A stretch of DNA of 61,758 nt, counting the filler, from Collodictyon triciliatum (Eukaryota): the NCBI GenBank assembly GCA_043381765.1. It is 5 parts of 5 records of this genome, joined end to end, with 100 filler letters (N's around TTAATTAATTAA, not from the genome) between each part and the next. Parts side by side here need not be neighbours in the genome. Positions count along the whole stretch, not along the records: positions 1 to 10,040 come from JBHJMP010000291.1; positions 10,141 to 31,388 come from JBHJMP010000292.1; 3 more parts are not named here. One strand, 5' to 3'. Shown piece by piece: positions 1 to 10,924 of the stretch (position 1 is the first letter of the stretch; the number at the start of each line of letters is the position of its first letter). The notes below the pieces were generated by a model, which searched no databases, had not been told where the DNA came from, and was given only the letters and a program-made list of their open reading frames with translations. Made by a program: the position numbers and the translations under genes.

Positions 1-2070
1 GTTTGCAATCAGCCATTCAGCCTCTCGTCACGTGAGCTTCTCTTCATTTTTATTATTCTTTTCATTCTTTTGTTTTGTTTTTGTTTTGTTTTTGTGTCTT
101 TTTGTGTCTTTTTGTGTCTTTTTGTGTCTTTTTGTGTCTTTTTGTGTCTTTTTCCTTCCGTGGCACACTTATTTTGGTCAAGTATCCTTGCATAATCATC
201 GGCAGAAACATGTGAATCATACCATAGGACTGTTTGTTCAATTAAGTTTTCGTGCCGCCTCATCTCTATTCAAATAGGCCCGAAGGAGTCATCTATTGCA
301 AAGCATGCATATATGAAAATATTTATGCCCAAAAAGAAGATGCAAAAAAGAAAATGGCACTCTGGGAAGCTCAGGAGGCGAAGAAGAAAGTCAGTTTAAT
401 TTTCTTCATTTACACATGTGGTTTTCTCGTTTATTTCCTCTCTTGTCTCCTCTTCCAAACCAAAACATTCTTCTCGGTGATTATAATATCTATAAAAAAA
501 TTTTTGGCACATCTCTATTATTCACCAAATATCTTTGAAACCCTAAAAATGCTATGTACTTGACAGACCTTGGAAAAAGAAAAAGCCGTTCAAGAACAAA
601 AAGCTAAAGAAGAGTTGTTTGAAAAGCGCGAATCCAGCGTGCTGTTGAGTGCTGTTGATGTATTCAAGCGCAAATCAGGTATATACTTTCCATTCAAAAT
701 TGTGAAGTTCCTTTTTTTAAAAAAGTGTTCTTTCGTTGTTTTTTTTTCCATCTGTTTTCGAGTTTACATTTTCAGCGTGCCAACAATACTTTTGATTCCC
801 TCTCATTGAAAAATAAAAAAAAACAATCAGTTATTATGATTAATTTTTCACAAAAAGATTCACCCGATGAAGTGTCGAAGAAATCTAAGCTCTCGTCAGC
901 TGGAGAAGCACCCCAGGTCTTCATTTGGAGAATCGCATACGAAATGAGATATTTGAAAATACCTCACATTATTATCGTTTGCTACTTTGAAGGCGCAATT
1001 TCCCAACAATGAAAATATGAGACCCCATAACTTTCGATATCACCGCTCCGCGCCGAGCACTAATATGAATACATACACAGAAACTGCCATACTGGGTCCC
1101 ATCAGAGACTCCATCGACGGCTGCATCAGATATCCCGCCCCCGTCAAAGGAGGTGCTCTGCCCAACTACGAGAAAGCCATTGAAGTAACTACTTCCTTGT
1201 TCTCACAGTAGAGCTATTTTTCTTTGCTTTAATTTTGTACTCATCAACTACAGTTTATGCTTAGTCAAAGATATTGTAACATGATATAATATCGCAATAA
1301 TTTTTTCTTTTACAACAGAGTTAAATAGTTTGTCACATTTTTATTTTTACGGCCTCTTATATTTGACCTATGAATAAGTAAGATATTCAGTTATTCTCGA
1401 AAAAAAATACATTACACACCTTGAAACTCGCCAATTCATTCATGACAGATTGAAACTGCTGTACAGTGTAAAATACACTCCTCTAAAGACGTCCGAAAAA
1501 GAGTCCGCATCCCCCTCCAAGGTAATACAATACAGGCTTCAAATCCATCCACCAACCAGACCATATGAATTAATACGCTGTTGATGATAGACCTCATTGA
1601 GGCGTGATGGTTTTCCAATCACAGTTCCTTTATTAGATACTCTAAAAAAAAATATTAAATAAAAGACATCCTTCATGACTGCAAATAAATAAATTTAAGG
1701 TTGGAAAACACATGTGTGCCATCTGCTTTGAAACTCTCTCCAATGTTGTGCGTGCAGCTGTGATTGCATCGACCGGAACAGTTGTCTGTGTCTCATGCGC
1801 AGATAAGTTTGTCCGCAAGGATTTGAAAGACCCTATCACGGGTGTAGCAATCAAAGACAAAGAGATTATTGCACTGCAATCCGGAGGTATATTTCCCTTG
1901 AAATCTATTATTCATTCGTCTTTTTTTCCCGTGATTAAATGGTTTCTTTAACCTTTGATGAGAGTGAATAAAGTTGAAAGTCACGTATATCTATGTTTGC
2001 AGGCACAGGATTTGCTGCTCACGACTCCACGCTTGTCGTAAAGAAACTGGGTACAACCGTCCATCTTTAG
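1..2070 (+). CDS. NOSIP: Nitric oxide synthase-interacting protein (RING/U-box-like), multi-exon, 5' end truncated by the window edge
   Basis: Spliced exons read LQSAIQPLVT|PEGVIYCKACIYENIYAQK, KLPYWVPSETP...VLCPTTRKPLK, CAICFETLSN...DPITG...IIALQSG|GTGFAAH. TAG at 2068-2070. GT-AG introns. Confidence 0.9.
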
Positions 2071-2287
2071 TAACAAAGTCCAACTCTCATAAATAAACCA
2101 GAGTTAACCCTGGAGAATGAAATACAAAAGACAGGAAATCTTCAAACACTGGTGCATGTAAGACTATGATTGCAACATATCCTCCGAAACATCTCACCAG
2201 GAATCGATTGAATGTGTGTTGGTTTGTCTCGGACAAGTCGCAACTTTATGGGTGTCTGCTCTCTGGAACTGGACATCAACGCAAAGA

Positions 2288-2485
2288 CTATCGACTCTTC
2301 TTCCATCCACCTCCTTGGCTCCCAGACCTGGCGAAGCCTTTGTTGGATGCGCTCTGGACGCGGTTGGATGCCTGGGAATCACTTTGTCCAGATCCGCTTC
2401 CTCGTCCTGTGTCGCCCGAACGCGGGCGGAATGCTGGCATGTTTCCGACATTAGAAGGGCCAACACGACCTCCTCGGTCTGGGAC
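2288..2485 (-). CDS. FAM98: Terminal exon of the FAM98-family gene
   Basis: Acceptor gtag| followed by VPDRGGRVGPSNVGNMPAFRPRS...GGGWKKSR*. VPDRGGR is the FAM98 motif and continues in phase 0 from ...VVPK|gtaagc at 8589. Confidence 0.85.
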   Translation of the reverse strand, partial: VPDRGGRVGPSNVGNMPAFRPRSGDTGRGSGSGQSDSQASNRVQSASNKGFARSGSQGGGWKKSR

Positions 2486-2868
2486 CTACGACAAATACCT
2501 TGATGGATGGATGGNNNNNNNNNNNNNNNNNNNNNNNNNNNNNNNNNNNNNNNNNNNNNNNNNNNNNNNNNNNNNNNNNNNNNNNNNNNNNNNNNNNNNN
2601 NNNNNNNNNNNNNNNNNNNNNNNNNNNNNNNNNNNNNNNNNNNNNNNNNNNNNNNNNNNNNNNNNNNNNNNNNNNNNNNNNNNNNNNNNNNNNNNNNNNN
2701 NNNNNNNNNNNNNNNNNNNNNNNNNNNNNNNNNNNNNNNNNNNNNNNNNNNNNNNNNNNNNNNNNNNNNNNNNNNNNNNNNNNNNNNNNNNNNNNNNNNN
2801 NNNNNNNNNNNNNNNNNNNNNNNNNNNNNNNNNNNNNNNNNNNNNNNNNNNNNNNNNNNNNNNNNNNN

Positions 2869-2918
<50 letters not shown>

Positions 2919-2983
2919 AATTTTGGTCGCATTCTCAAGGAACATAAAAATCACACAAGATATGAACAAGTGATCATTCAAAC

Positions 2984-3560
2984 CTCTGATTCCTTCAGAA
3001 TCTGGTCCTTCATTGGGTGAGAATTAGGAACTGTGAGACCTTCTTTGTTTTCTGTAGAATGAAAATGAATAAATATGTCTATTTTGTGTGTAAATCTTGT
3101 TTCATGACTTTATATTCCTTTTACCAGGAAAAAAAGTATAATTGAAATCGTCAGTAAGATCTATTTAACGTGTATATTGTGTATGAGAAAGGCATACTCT
3201 TGTGTTTCTTCTTGCGAGACTCCTTTCTAACTTGTCGGTTGTGTTCCTTAACTTTTCTTTCAATCTTGTACTTTTTGTGGAGAGTCATTCTCTTACTCTT
3301 CTTCTCTATTGTTTAACATAAATGTGATATGGCTTTATCTGGTAGTGGTAAGTTATAGCAAGGAAAGCAAGGAGCATGTGTGTCTGCGTAGTTGCTTTTC
3401 AGGGAGTTATGCAACAATCGATAATACCCAGCAAGATCGACACGGTTAACAAACAGCGAAGAGTGCAGAAGAAAGAATGCAACATGGAAGTTTTCAGAGA
3501 GCTCGGTCAAGGCACAAAGCGTTTGTATAGTCACAGGTTCAACTTACTTCTGAGCGGCAT
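2984..3560 (-). CDS. GNL3L: Nucleostemin/GNL3L/Nug1-like nucleolar GTPase, first three exons only (rest lost at the gap)
   Basis: Exons 3560-3548, 3305-3198 and 3051-2984 give MPLRKKKSKRMTLHKKYKIERKVKEHNRQVRKESRKKKHKKNKEGLTVPNSHPMKDQILKESE, the GN3L_Grn1-type N-terminus. Confidence 0.85.
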
Positions 3561-4216
3561 TCTGGCTTGAGGGCACTGGTCTTCTGGAGGTTTTTGTTGG
3601 CTGGGAGGCTGATTCTAATCAGGTCATTCTTAGAGTGATAATCTGAAAAATGAAGTACACAAGAAAAAAAAAACACGGCTGGCTTGCGATGGCTTGTGGA
3701 AGAAGCTTTGCATCTTATGCTTGGGCTTGGATTACAGTGATGGATGATAGATGAAGATAGATGAAACAAAAGCAAAGACCACATGATCTATTTCTGGAAT
3801 ATAAATTATATAAGCTATTTATCTATAATATAAAGAATTTTGATAATTTAACACAATTCATATTAGTTTAATGCTATTTACACTTATTTATATCAAAAGT
3901 GACACAAGGCGCGAATGTGATATCATCACCAGAGCCAATCTTTGACAGCCCAATGTATCTTCTGGTTTTGCTTGGTGGTTGTGTGTTTATCGTCTTCGAT
4001 AAGGTTACTAGCAGATTACCAAGGAAAGGATGATTGTCGAAAGTTTCACTCAGAAAGAAAACGCCTTATTCAATCCAAGCAGCCCCACCGGGGCCAAAAG
4101 CTCGTGACGTTATATCCTTTATCATCTTTTCATGCGCACCACCAACCTACGAAGCAAGCGTAGTCATATTATTTGATATCTACACATCTCTTCAAACAAC
4201 CAGGAATTGATGATGT

Positions 4217-4247
4217 CGCTACACTTTGAATCGAATAAAGGGGAAAA
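4217..4247 (+). mobile_element. 31-bp A-tailed insertion with 19-bp target-site duplication (probable truncated retroposon 3' end)
   Basis: CGCTACACTTTGAATCGAATAAAGGGGAAAA is flanked by a perfect direct repeat AACCAGGAATTGATGATGT (4198-4216 and 4248-4266). Confidence 0.7.
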
Positions 4248-4947
4248 AACCAGGAATTGATGATGTAGGTATATAGAACCGAACGAGCCGCTTTGTTTAT
4301 TCACTTGCGCGGTATGGCTGGCTAATTCTCCCTTTTCTTCCACTTCGAATGTTGAAAGGACTTCTGGTGATACGGTCAGCAACAAAGAATACCATAGACA
4401 TAGTGATGACAGAAGCTTGGGTGGTGAAGACCTATATATGTATTAAGATATCCGCAACACTTTGCCTTGCTATAAACTCAAGTTCTGAATGAAATAGCAC
4501 ATCATGCATGATTTCACTCTATTGGACACAATACAACTCCTTTTTCTTTTTTCTTTTTTTCTTTAAAAAAAAAAAACTTCGCATGACAATCACTTTGGAT
4601 TGAATAAAGGGGGAAAAAACGTTTTGCATAACAAGTAAAAGTAGAAGACAAAGTGAAAAGGCAAATCCAAATCCAAATCCGTGTTTCTTTTTCATTCAGC
4701 GCGAGAGGGTCTCCAAGTTGATGGTATCATGCCCCCTAACTGCTAAGAAGCTAGCACGGCCCCTTTCCACCACAATATGACTTATCTTTGGTTCTCTTTT
4801 GCGCCCTTTAATGTCAATGAACTCCGCTCTATCAAAACACATCTTTCGTTCGTGTATTTCCCACCCCATATTCATCCCGTCCCTTCGAAGCAGAGACAAC
4901 ACACAAGGAAACAGAGCAACACAAACAAGAGCCTGCAAAAGAGCTTT

Positions 4948-5609
4948 ATGGAAAGCATCCTCTGCCTGAAAGAGTCCACCAGTGAATACCCCATCCCAGT
5001 TACTGTGTTGTTTTTCGCCAAGGCTCGCGAAGTCGTTCGTTTGTCCGAACTTAAGGTAAGCCCCATTCCCTCACGTCCGAAGAGAACACCTCGATTTGAT
5101 CCCACAAGTCGAGGACAACTCGAAACACTGTGTTTCCTGTCGTCTGGAAGCTAGTTTCCTCACTTTATTCAACTCAAATCCTTTTTCAAGAGGCTTAAAG
5201 TTCTCTGAGTGTTCCTAACAAACCATTGTCTGTTTTATATATATATTTGTAGGCTTTTGTGAAGCCTTCCTGCTCAGTCTCTAGTTTTCTACGAGGTTTG
5301 TATCGTCTCTACCCAGCGCTAGTCCCAATCACCTCAGCGTGTGTCATCGCACTGAATCAGGAGTTCATTCCAGAAGGCTCGGTATTATCCATCGAAGCCT
5401 CTCTTCTTATTCCCATAAACTCACTTTCAAGAGCCTCTCTTTTCAATACCTATTTAATCTGCTTTCTTTTTTTTCTTTATTTACTTTTCGTGAGAGGTTA
5501 CTCATGGTTTTTTTTCTTCCTGTTTGTTGCCCACTCGCTTATCCCTCAGGATCCTACTCTTTCAGAGTCCGACGAAATAGCAATCATACCGCCCGTCAGC
5601 GGCGGATAG
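4948..5609 (+). CDS. MOCS2A: Molybdopterin synthase sulfur-carrier (small) subunit, MoaD-like, 98 aa
   Basis: Exons 4948-5055, 5253-5381, 5550-5609. Motifs VTVLFFAKARE, ALNQEF and C-terminal DEIAIIPPVSGG*. Confidence 0.93.
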
Positions 5610-5630
5610 AGGCATACCAGCAGAAAGTTC

Positions 5631-6385
5631 ATGGCGTGTGTGGGTTTGGAAGAGGTTGAACGCGGGAAACGTGATATTGTCCAACTCACTCACGAGCCCA
5701 TTCACACAGCTTTACTGATTGAATCAGTCAAAGATGATGGATGCGGCGCAGTATCGCTGTTTATAGGAACGACCCGAGATTCATTTCAAGGGAAAAAGGT
5801 TTTCTTTTCATATAAAAAATATATCATCATTAATGGACTCAGAAATAAACACCGCTCATAATCTTGGACGAACATACTATGATGAATTAAATGTTGGTTG
5901 ATAGTATTGTAATTTGGAATAATCTTTGTGCAAAAAAAAAAAAAAAGGTTTTAAAACTCGAGTATGAAGCATATGAATCGATGGCCATCAACCAAATCAA
6001 AAAAATATGTGGGCAAATAAGAGAAAAGTGGGATGTTCGGCACATTGCAATCGCTCATCGTTTGGGACAAGTACCCGTTCGTGAGGTTTACCTGGTTGAA
6101 AATCGAATAATCTTCATCTTTATCTTATAAACAAGTTCATCAACATTTATGTTGCTCTTTTCGTCTTTTTTTTTTTTTTTTTTACACATTTAGGAAAGCA
6201 TCGTTATTGTTGTGTCCTCTGCACACCGAAAAGAATCACTTGCCTCGGTCGAGTATGCCATAGATACGATAAAGGCGACAGTCACAATTTGGAAGAAAGA
6301 GATATACGAACATGATGAAGCCATTTGGAAAGAAAACAGCGAATGGAACCCACACAAATATACAAGCACACCCAGCAAAGAATAA
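5631..6385 (+). CDS. MOCS2B: Molybdopterin synthase catalytic (large) subunit, MoaE-like, 165 aa
   Basis: Exons 5631-5798, 5948-6085, 6194-6385. Motifs [44 protein letters not shown]. Confidence 0.95.
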
Positions 6386-7449
6386 AATATACTCACAAAA
6401 TGATGCATGCGGAGAAAAAAATATTGACACAACTACCAAACTCGCGACACCTCACATGGTTATTTGATTTATGTACAATATTTTCTAGAATTTAGGAGAT
6501 GTCGTATAGGGCTTAGATAGTAGCATAGATTATATCATCAAAACTACAAAATCACGCATAAATTAATATATCCCGTTAATCCCCAAAGGCAATCAAGACC
6601 AGAGTCAAACCCTCTATTATCTTGCGACGATGGAAAGGAATAATAAAGTAAAAAATAAAAACCAGCCACTCTCATCAAAGTCTCATGAATAAACTAATCC
6701 AGTAATTTTTTTCTATTGCATCTGAATGAAACCCCCGTTCTTTGGCGAAAAGAGGGGGAAAGAATACGGTTTATTGTATCAATCCTACTTTCAGAATGTC
6801 ATGAAGTACGCTCCTTCTTGCATATTCATCCCATACAAAATAACAATACTTAAAATAACCACACACCTACTTTTCAACTTCACTCATAATCGACAACAAA
6901 TCTTATTCGTCAATTGCGGCAACCTCCGCACCAAAAGTTGGTCGCAGCACTAAAGCAACTTTGGTTCATAAATCCCGATTCGCATACCCCAAAATCTAGA
7001 AACATGGCTGTAAAGTGAGATAAAATTATTCGACGAAATTCATATTTCACTACAACGATAAAAAAATGAATGAATGAAAGAAAGAGTAACATGTAACCGT
7101 GATAAAGAAAAGAAAAGTAAAAAGACAGATAATCTCCGATGAAAGGGAATTTACCGTAAACTTCGAATAATATCGTAGCAAAAACATACACCCCGTCTGA
7201 ATCGAAAAAAAGGGAAAATCATAGCATAATAAATAAATAAATAAATAAGTAAATAAATAATAAAAATAAAAATAAAAATAAACAATGTATTGTACAATTT
7301 TTAAAAGTGATGCGGATGATTAAACAATTTTCCATGTATCTTTTTTTAAAAAAAAAAATAACAACTCTCGTTACACGAGACCAACCTCTTTTATCTACCG
7401 AGTATTGGGTGCACATGGGCAACAATAAAAGGGCATCGGCTTGTTTCGG

Positions 7450-8147
7450 TCATTGGTGAGGTGGGTGATGATGGGGATGGTGATGAGGAGGTTTGTGCCC
7501 GGACACGTTTGCATGAGGCGGTCGCTGATGTTGTGGGCCTCGGTTGTGAAACCCGCTTGGATTCATCGATGATTGTGGGTTAGCACCCGGAAGAACCGGC
7601 GATGAGCGAGCAGCAGACTCTGGACCCGGCGCGTTTGTTTGGGTTGATTCCCACAGTGAGCGCTCAATCGACATGTACGGAATCTCCTTGAATAACATTC
7701 GAAACCTGGTATTTAAATGGGTAGGACATCAATGACTTAGCTTCAGATTAAGAAAAAAAATATATGAATACGTAAAATATATATAAAATTTTGTCAGTTT
7801 TCTATCGAATGTGACTATGGATGCACGGTAATTATACTCTCCAATCTTTTCTAGCAGGGCATGTTTTGTAGCGTAGAGAACCATTTTGTCATGGTAGACA
7901 GACGTGTTTCTGGGTGTTTGATGAGGTGGTATGCGTGAGAAAAATTGTGCTTTTATGCTGTGATGATTATGGCTGATTGTTTGAACAGGATGTACGGGAT
8001 ACCCCCTGACAAGGCGAAATATATCAGCCTCTTGGATGATGTCGGGCTGAATCCCCCACACGGCCAGGTCAATGCTGCCGCTTTCGTCTGCAACTTTGTA
8101 TTTTGTGATAATATGGCCCTCTTTGGTTTTGGAGGACTCCCGATCGA
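7450..8147 (-). CDS. NABP: SOSS complex subunit B / hSSB-like OB-fold ssDNA-binding protein, N-terminal exon missing
   Basis: Exons 8147-8003, 7909-7838, 7705-7450 give KTKEGHIITKYKVADESGSIDLAVWG...DIFRLVRG|NTSVYHDKMVLY...LEKIGE|FRMLFKEIPYMS, then a P/H-rich tail. Confidence 0.88.
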
Positions 8148-8440
8148 CTGGGATGGAGGAATAGGTATATCGATGAATAAAAGGGGAGTATCTGCCTCGG
8201 GTTGAGAGTCCAATTGGAATATTTATATTTTGATATAGTTGTTTTTTTGTTTTTTTGTTTTTTTGTTTTTTTGTTTTTGTTTTTGTTTTTGTTTTTGTTT
8301 TTGTTTTTGTTTTTGTTTTTGTTTTTGTTTTTGTTTTTTTNNNNNNNNNNNNNNNNNNNNNNNNNNNNNNNNNNNNNNNNNNNNNNNNNNNNNNNNNNNN
8401 NNNNNNNNNNNNNNNNNNNNNNNNNNNNNNNNNNNNNNNN

Positions 8441-8536
<96 letters not shown>
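8441..8536. repeat. (GATA)n microsatellite at a gap edge
   Basis: Direct tandem array. Confidence 0.95.
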
Positions 8537-8537
<1 letters not shown>

Positions 8538-8588
8538 CAGGAGCTATAGAACCGCCATGGGCGGCCGTGGTGCTGACTCTTGGCTTAC

Positions 8589-9920
8589 CTTGGGAACCAC
8601 TATCATTTTACGCAAAACAGAGACAGATGTGTTTCGCGCTTTACTGGAGCTGACTCGCCGAACGATGAGGAGGTCGTCGTTGGGACTGAAAAGATCTAAT
8701 AGCGTTATTGGATTCACGGCACGAATCACAAGTTTTAAATTCTCGATGACCTTGTCGATTTCGAGCTCCATACCCTGAGGAAATAAAAGAGTGTTTGAGA
8801 GGCCAGGTATATGATAAGGGAATTAGTTTAGTGTTTTCTTGTCTGTTTGTGCGCCATCAAAAAGTGGATATTAAGCATGTTTGATTATCTGTTATTTTTA
8901 GGACTAAGTGCCTTGATTTTTGGTGAGTAGTAGAAGGTCTTCACAGTGGTGTCAAATCGCGTTTGAAGGACTTTGCGACGTAGTTTGTATTCTGCATCCA
9001 GGTCTTGGTTGATTGCTTGTAGAAGTTGCTGTATTTTTGTTTCATGTATTTGTGCAATTTTCAGAAAAATACACATACAACATAAGAAACGTGAACTCAG
9101 TATAACCAAAGAGATATCTCAAACCATCTGTTCCGATCTGAGCTGGCGAGAAACCACAGCCTTTCCGAGATACTCTGGGGGCACTGATTGGCTTATCTCT
9201 TGAACTTTTTGATTAATTGAGGATATTGATTCTATTAGAGTAAGCTGTGTATCCGGAATTTCAAGGGTGGCTTTCATCAAGTACAGAATGGGTGCGACTC
9301 TTGTTACACTGCTCTCTAAATCCTCCTTTTTTGAAGAGAAAAATCGAGTTTTTTTTTTTAAAAAAAAAAGGAAATATTTGAGTGTCTTCGGATTGGAAAA
9401 GGTTGGTGTTAAAAATATAACTATACATCCCGAAAAAGAAGAAAAGAAAAAGCATATGTAAAGAAAAAAATAGAAAATTCATACGTAAAGAGACTCTGAA
9501 GGAGCTGCTGGGGGCTTTTCTATCAAACTAAGCAGAAGCAACTGGACCTCGGACGTGAGAAAGTCTTTGCATAAAAGATGATATGAAGTGAAGCAGACAC
9601 ACAAAGTACCGCGAAACTTTTATTAACGTCATTTATTTTTTTCAATAGGTACTATGATTATGCATACCAATTGGTCGAAACTTCAAAAAGAAATCAGACT
9701 CTAAGTTGAACTTTTTGCAAACAGGATGAGGATAATCTAAGGTAGTGCATCGCATCAAAAATAAATATAGGGCAGAAATGATGTACTAGCATATGGATGT
9801 ATTGAAATAGCCAATTAGATGAAAATCAAAGAAACCTTCTGCTAAAAGAAAAGTAGACAATGTATTTGCAAATGAGGATGCCGAGATTTCGGTAGGGTTT
9901 TGTTTCTGTATCAAATTGCA
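8589..9920 (-). CDS. FAM98: FAM98 (DUF2465) family protein, internal exons. 5' end cut by the linker; terminal exon at 2485-2288
   Basis: INQDLDAEYKLRRKVLQTRFDTTVKTFYYS matches the FAM98 core. The exon ending RKMIVVPK has a GTAAGC donor. Upper coordinate approximate. Confidence 0.85.
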
Positions 9921-10084
9921 GCTTTTTATTAAGTAAAAATACATACATACATACATACATACATACATACATACATACATACATACATACATACATACAT
10001 ACATACATACATACATACATACATACATACATACATACATNNNNNNNNNNNNNNNNNNNNNNNNNNNNNNNNNNNNNNNNNNNN

Positions 10085-10096
10085 TTAATTAATTAA
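10085..10096. other. Artificial six-frame-stop assembly linker
   Basis: TTAATTAATTAA flanked by 44 N on each side, repeated identically four times in the window. Confidence 0.95.
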
Positions 10097-10924
10097 NNNN
10101 NNNNNNNNNNNNNNNNNNNNNNNNNNNNNNNNNNNNNNNNAAAACAAAAAACAAAAAACAAAAAACAAAAAACAAAAAACAAAAAACAAAAAACAAAAAA
10201 CAAAAAACAAAAAACAAAAAACAAAAAACAAAAAACAATACAAAAACAAAAACAATACAAAAACAAAACAAAAACAAAGGCCTCATACCCACCCCCAAAA
10301 CTTAAAGTTATTTAAAGCCACAAGAAATGATTTGGATGATGGCCACCATCCAGACTCATCACAAGAAAACAAAAGGAAAAGCAAAAGCAGATCGTCTAAC
10401 ACACTCCCTCGCAATCAGGGAGGTTGTGAGGAAGGGCCCACCCAACAAACAGACAAAACTGATACGGAACAAGGCAATCAGGACAGAGGACAAGTCGCCA
10501 ACAAGTCCCATGGTCAAACCCGGAGGAGAGTCGTCCACCGCCGCAAGGAAAGAAAAGGAAAAGGCGACCGCATTCGTTGAAAGCGCACCCGCGGCGCAGT
10601 TAAAAGGAAACACAAAGACAAACACACACACCCAGACAAACACGCACAGCACAAACTCTCTTCCGTCCGGCCCGTATCGCCATCGCAATCCGCTTGTCTA
10701 CCATCCCATGTGGGCCTGGCGGCTCATTCACCGCCGCGAAAACCCAGACGCGCCAGACACGTATTCATCCTGTAAATGGTATGTTCAGCCAGACTCTCTC
10801 TCCCTCCCTCCTTATCTCCCCCTTTCCTCTGCAAAGTGTAACAAGGCAAAGTATGAAAAATACAGGTACTGCATCCATGCCACGAACTCATACCAAATAT
10901 GACATCTATACACGATGTTTGTAG

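Noticed and set aside
2166-2514. Plus-strand ORF ending in (GATG)n, resembling a LINE 3' end
   Set aside because: It is the antisense shadow of the FAM98 terminal exon (VPDRGGR...).
5607-5609. Genome-wide reassignment of TAG to a sense codon
   Set aside because: NOSIP, FAM98 and PTBP end on TAG, and no internal TAG was seen in conserved exons.
7450-8771. FAM98-SOSS-B fusion gene
   Set aside because: FAM98 has its own terminal exon at 2485-2288, and the two genes are separated by an assembly gap.
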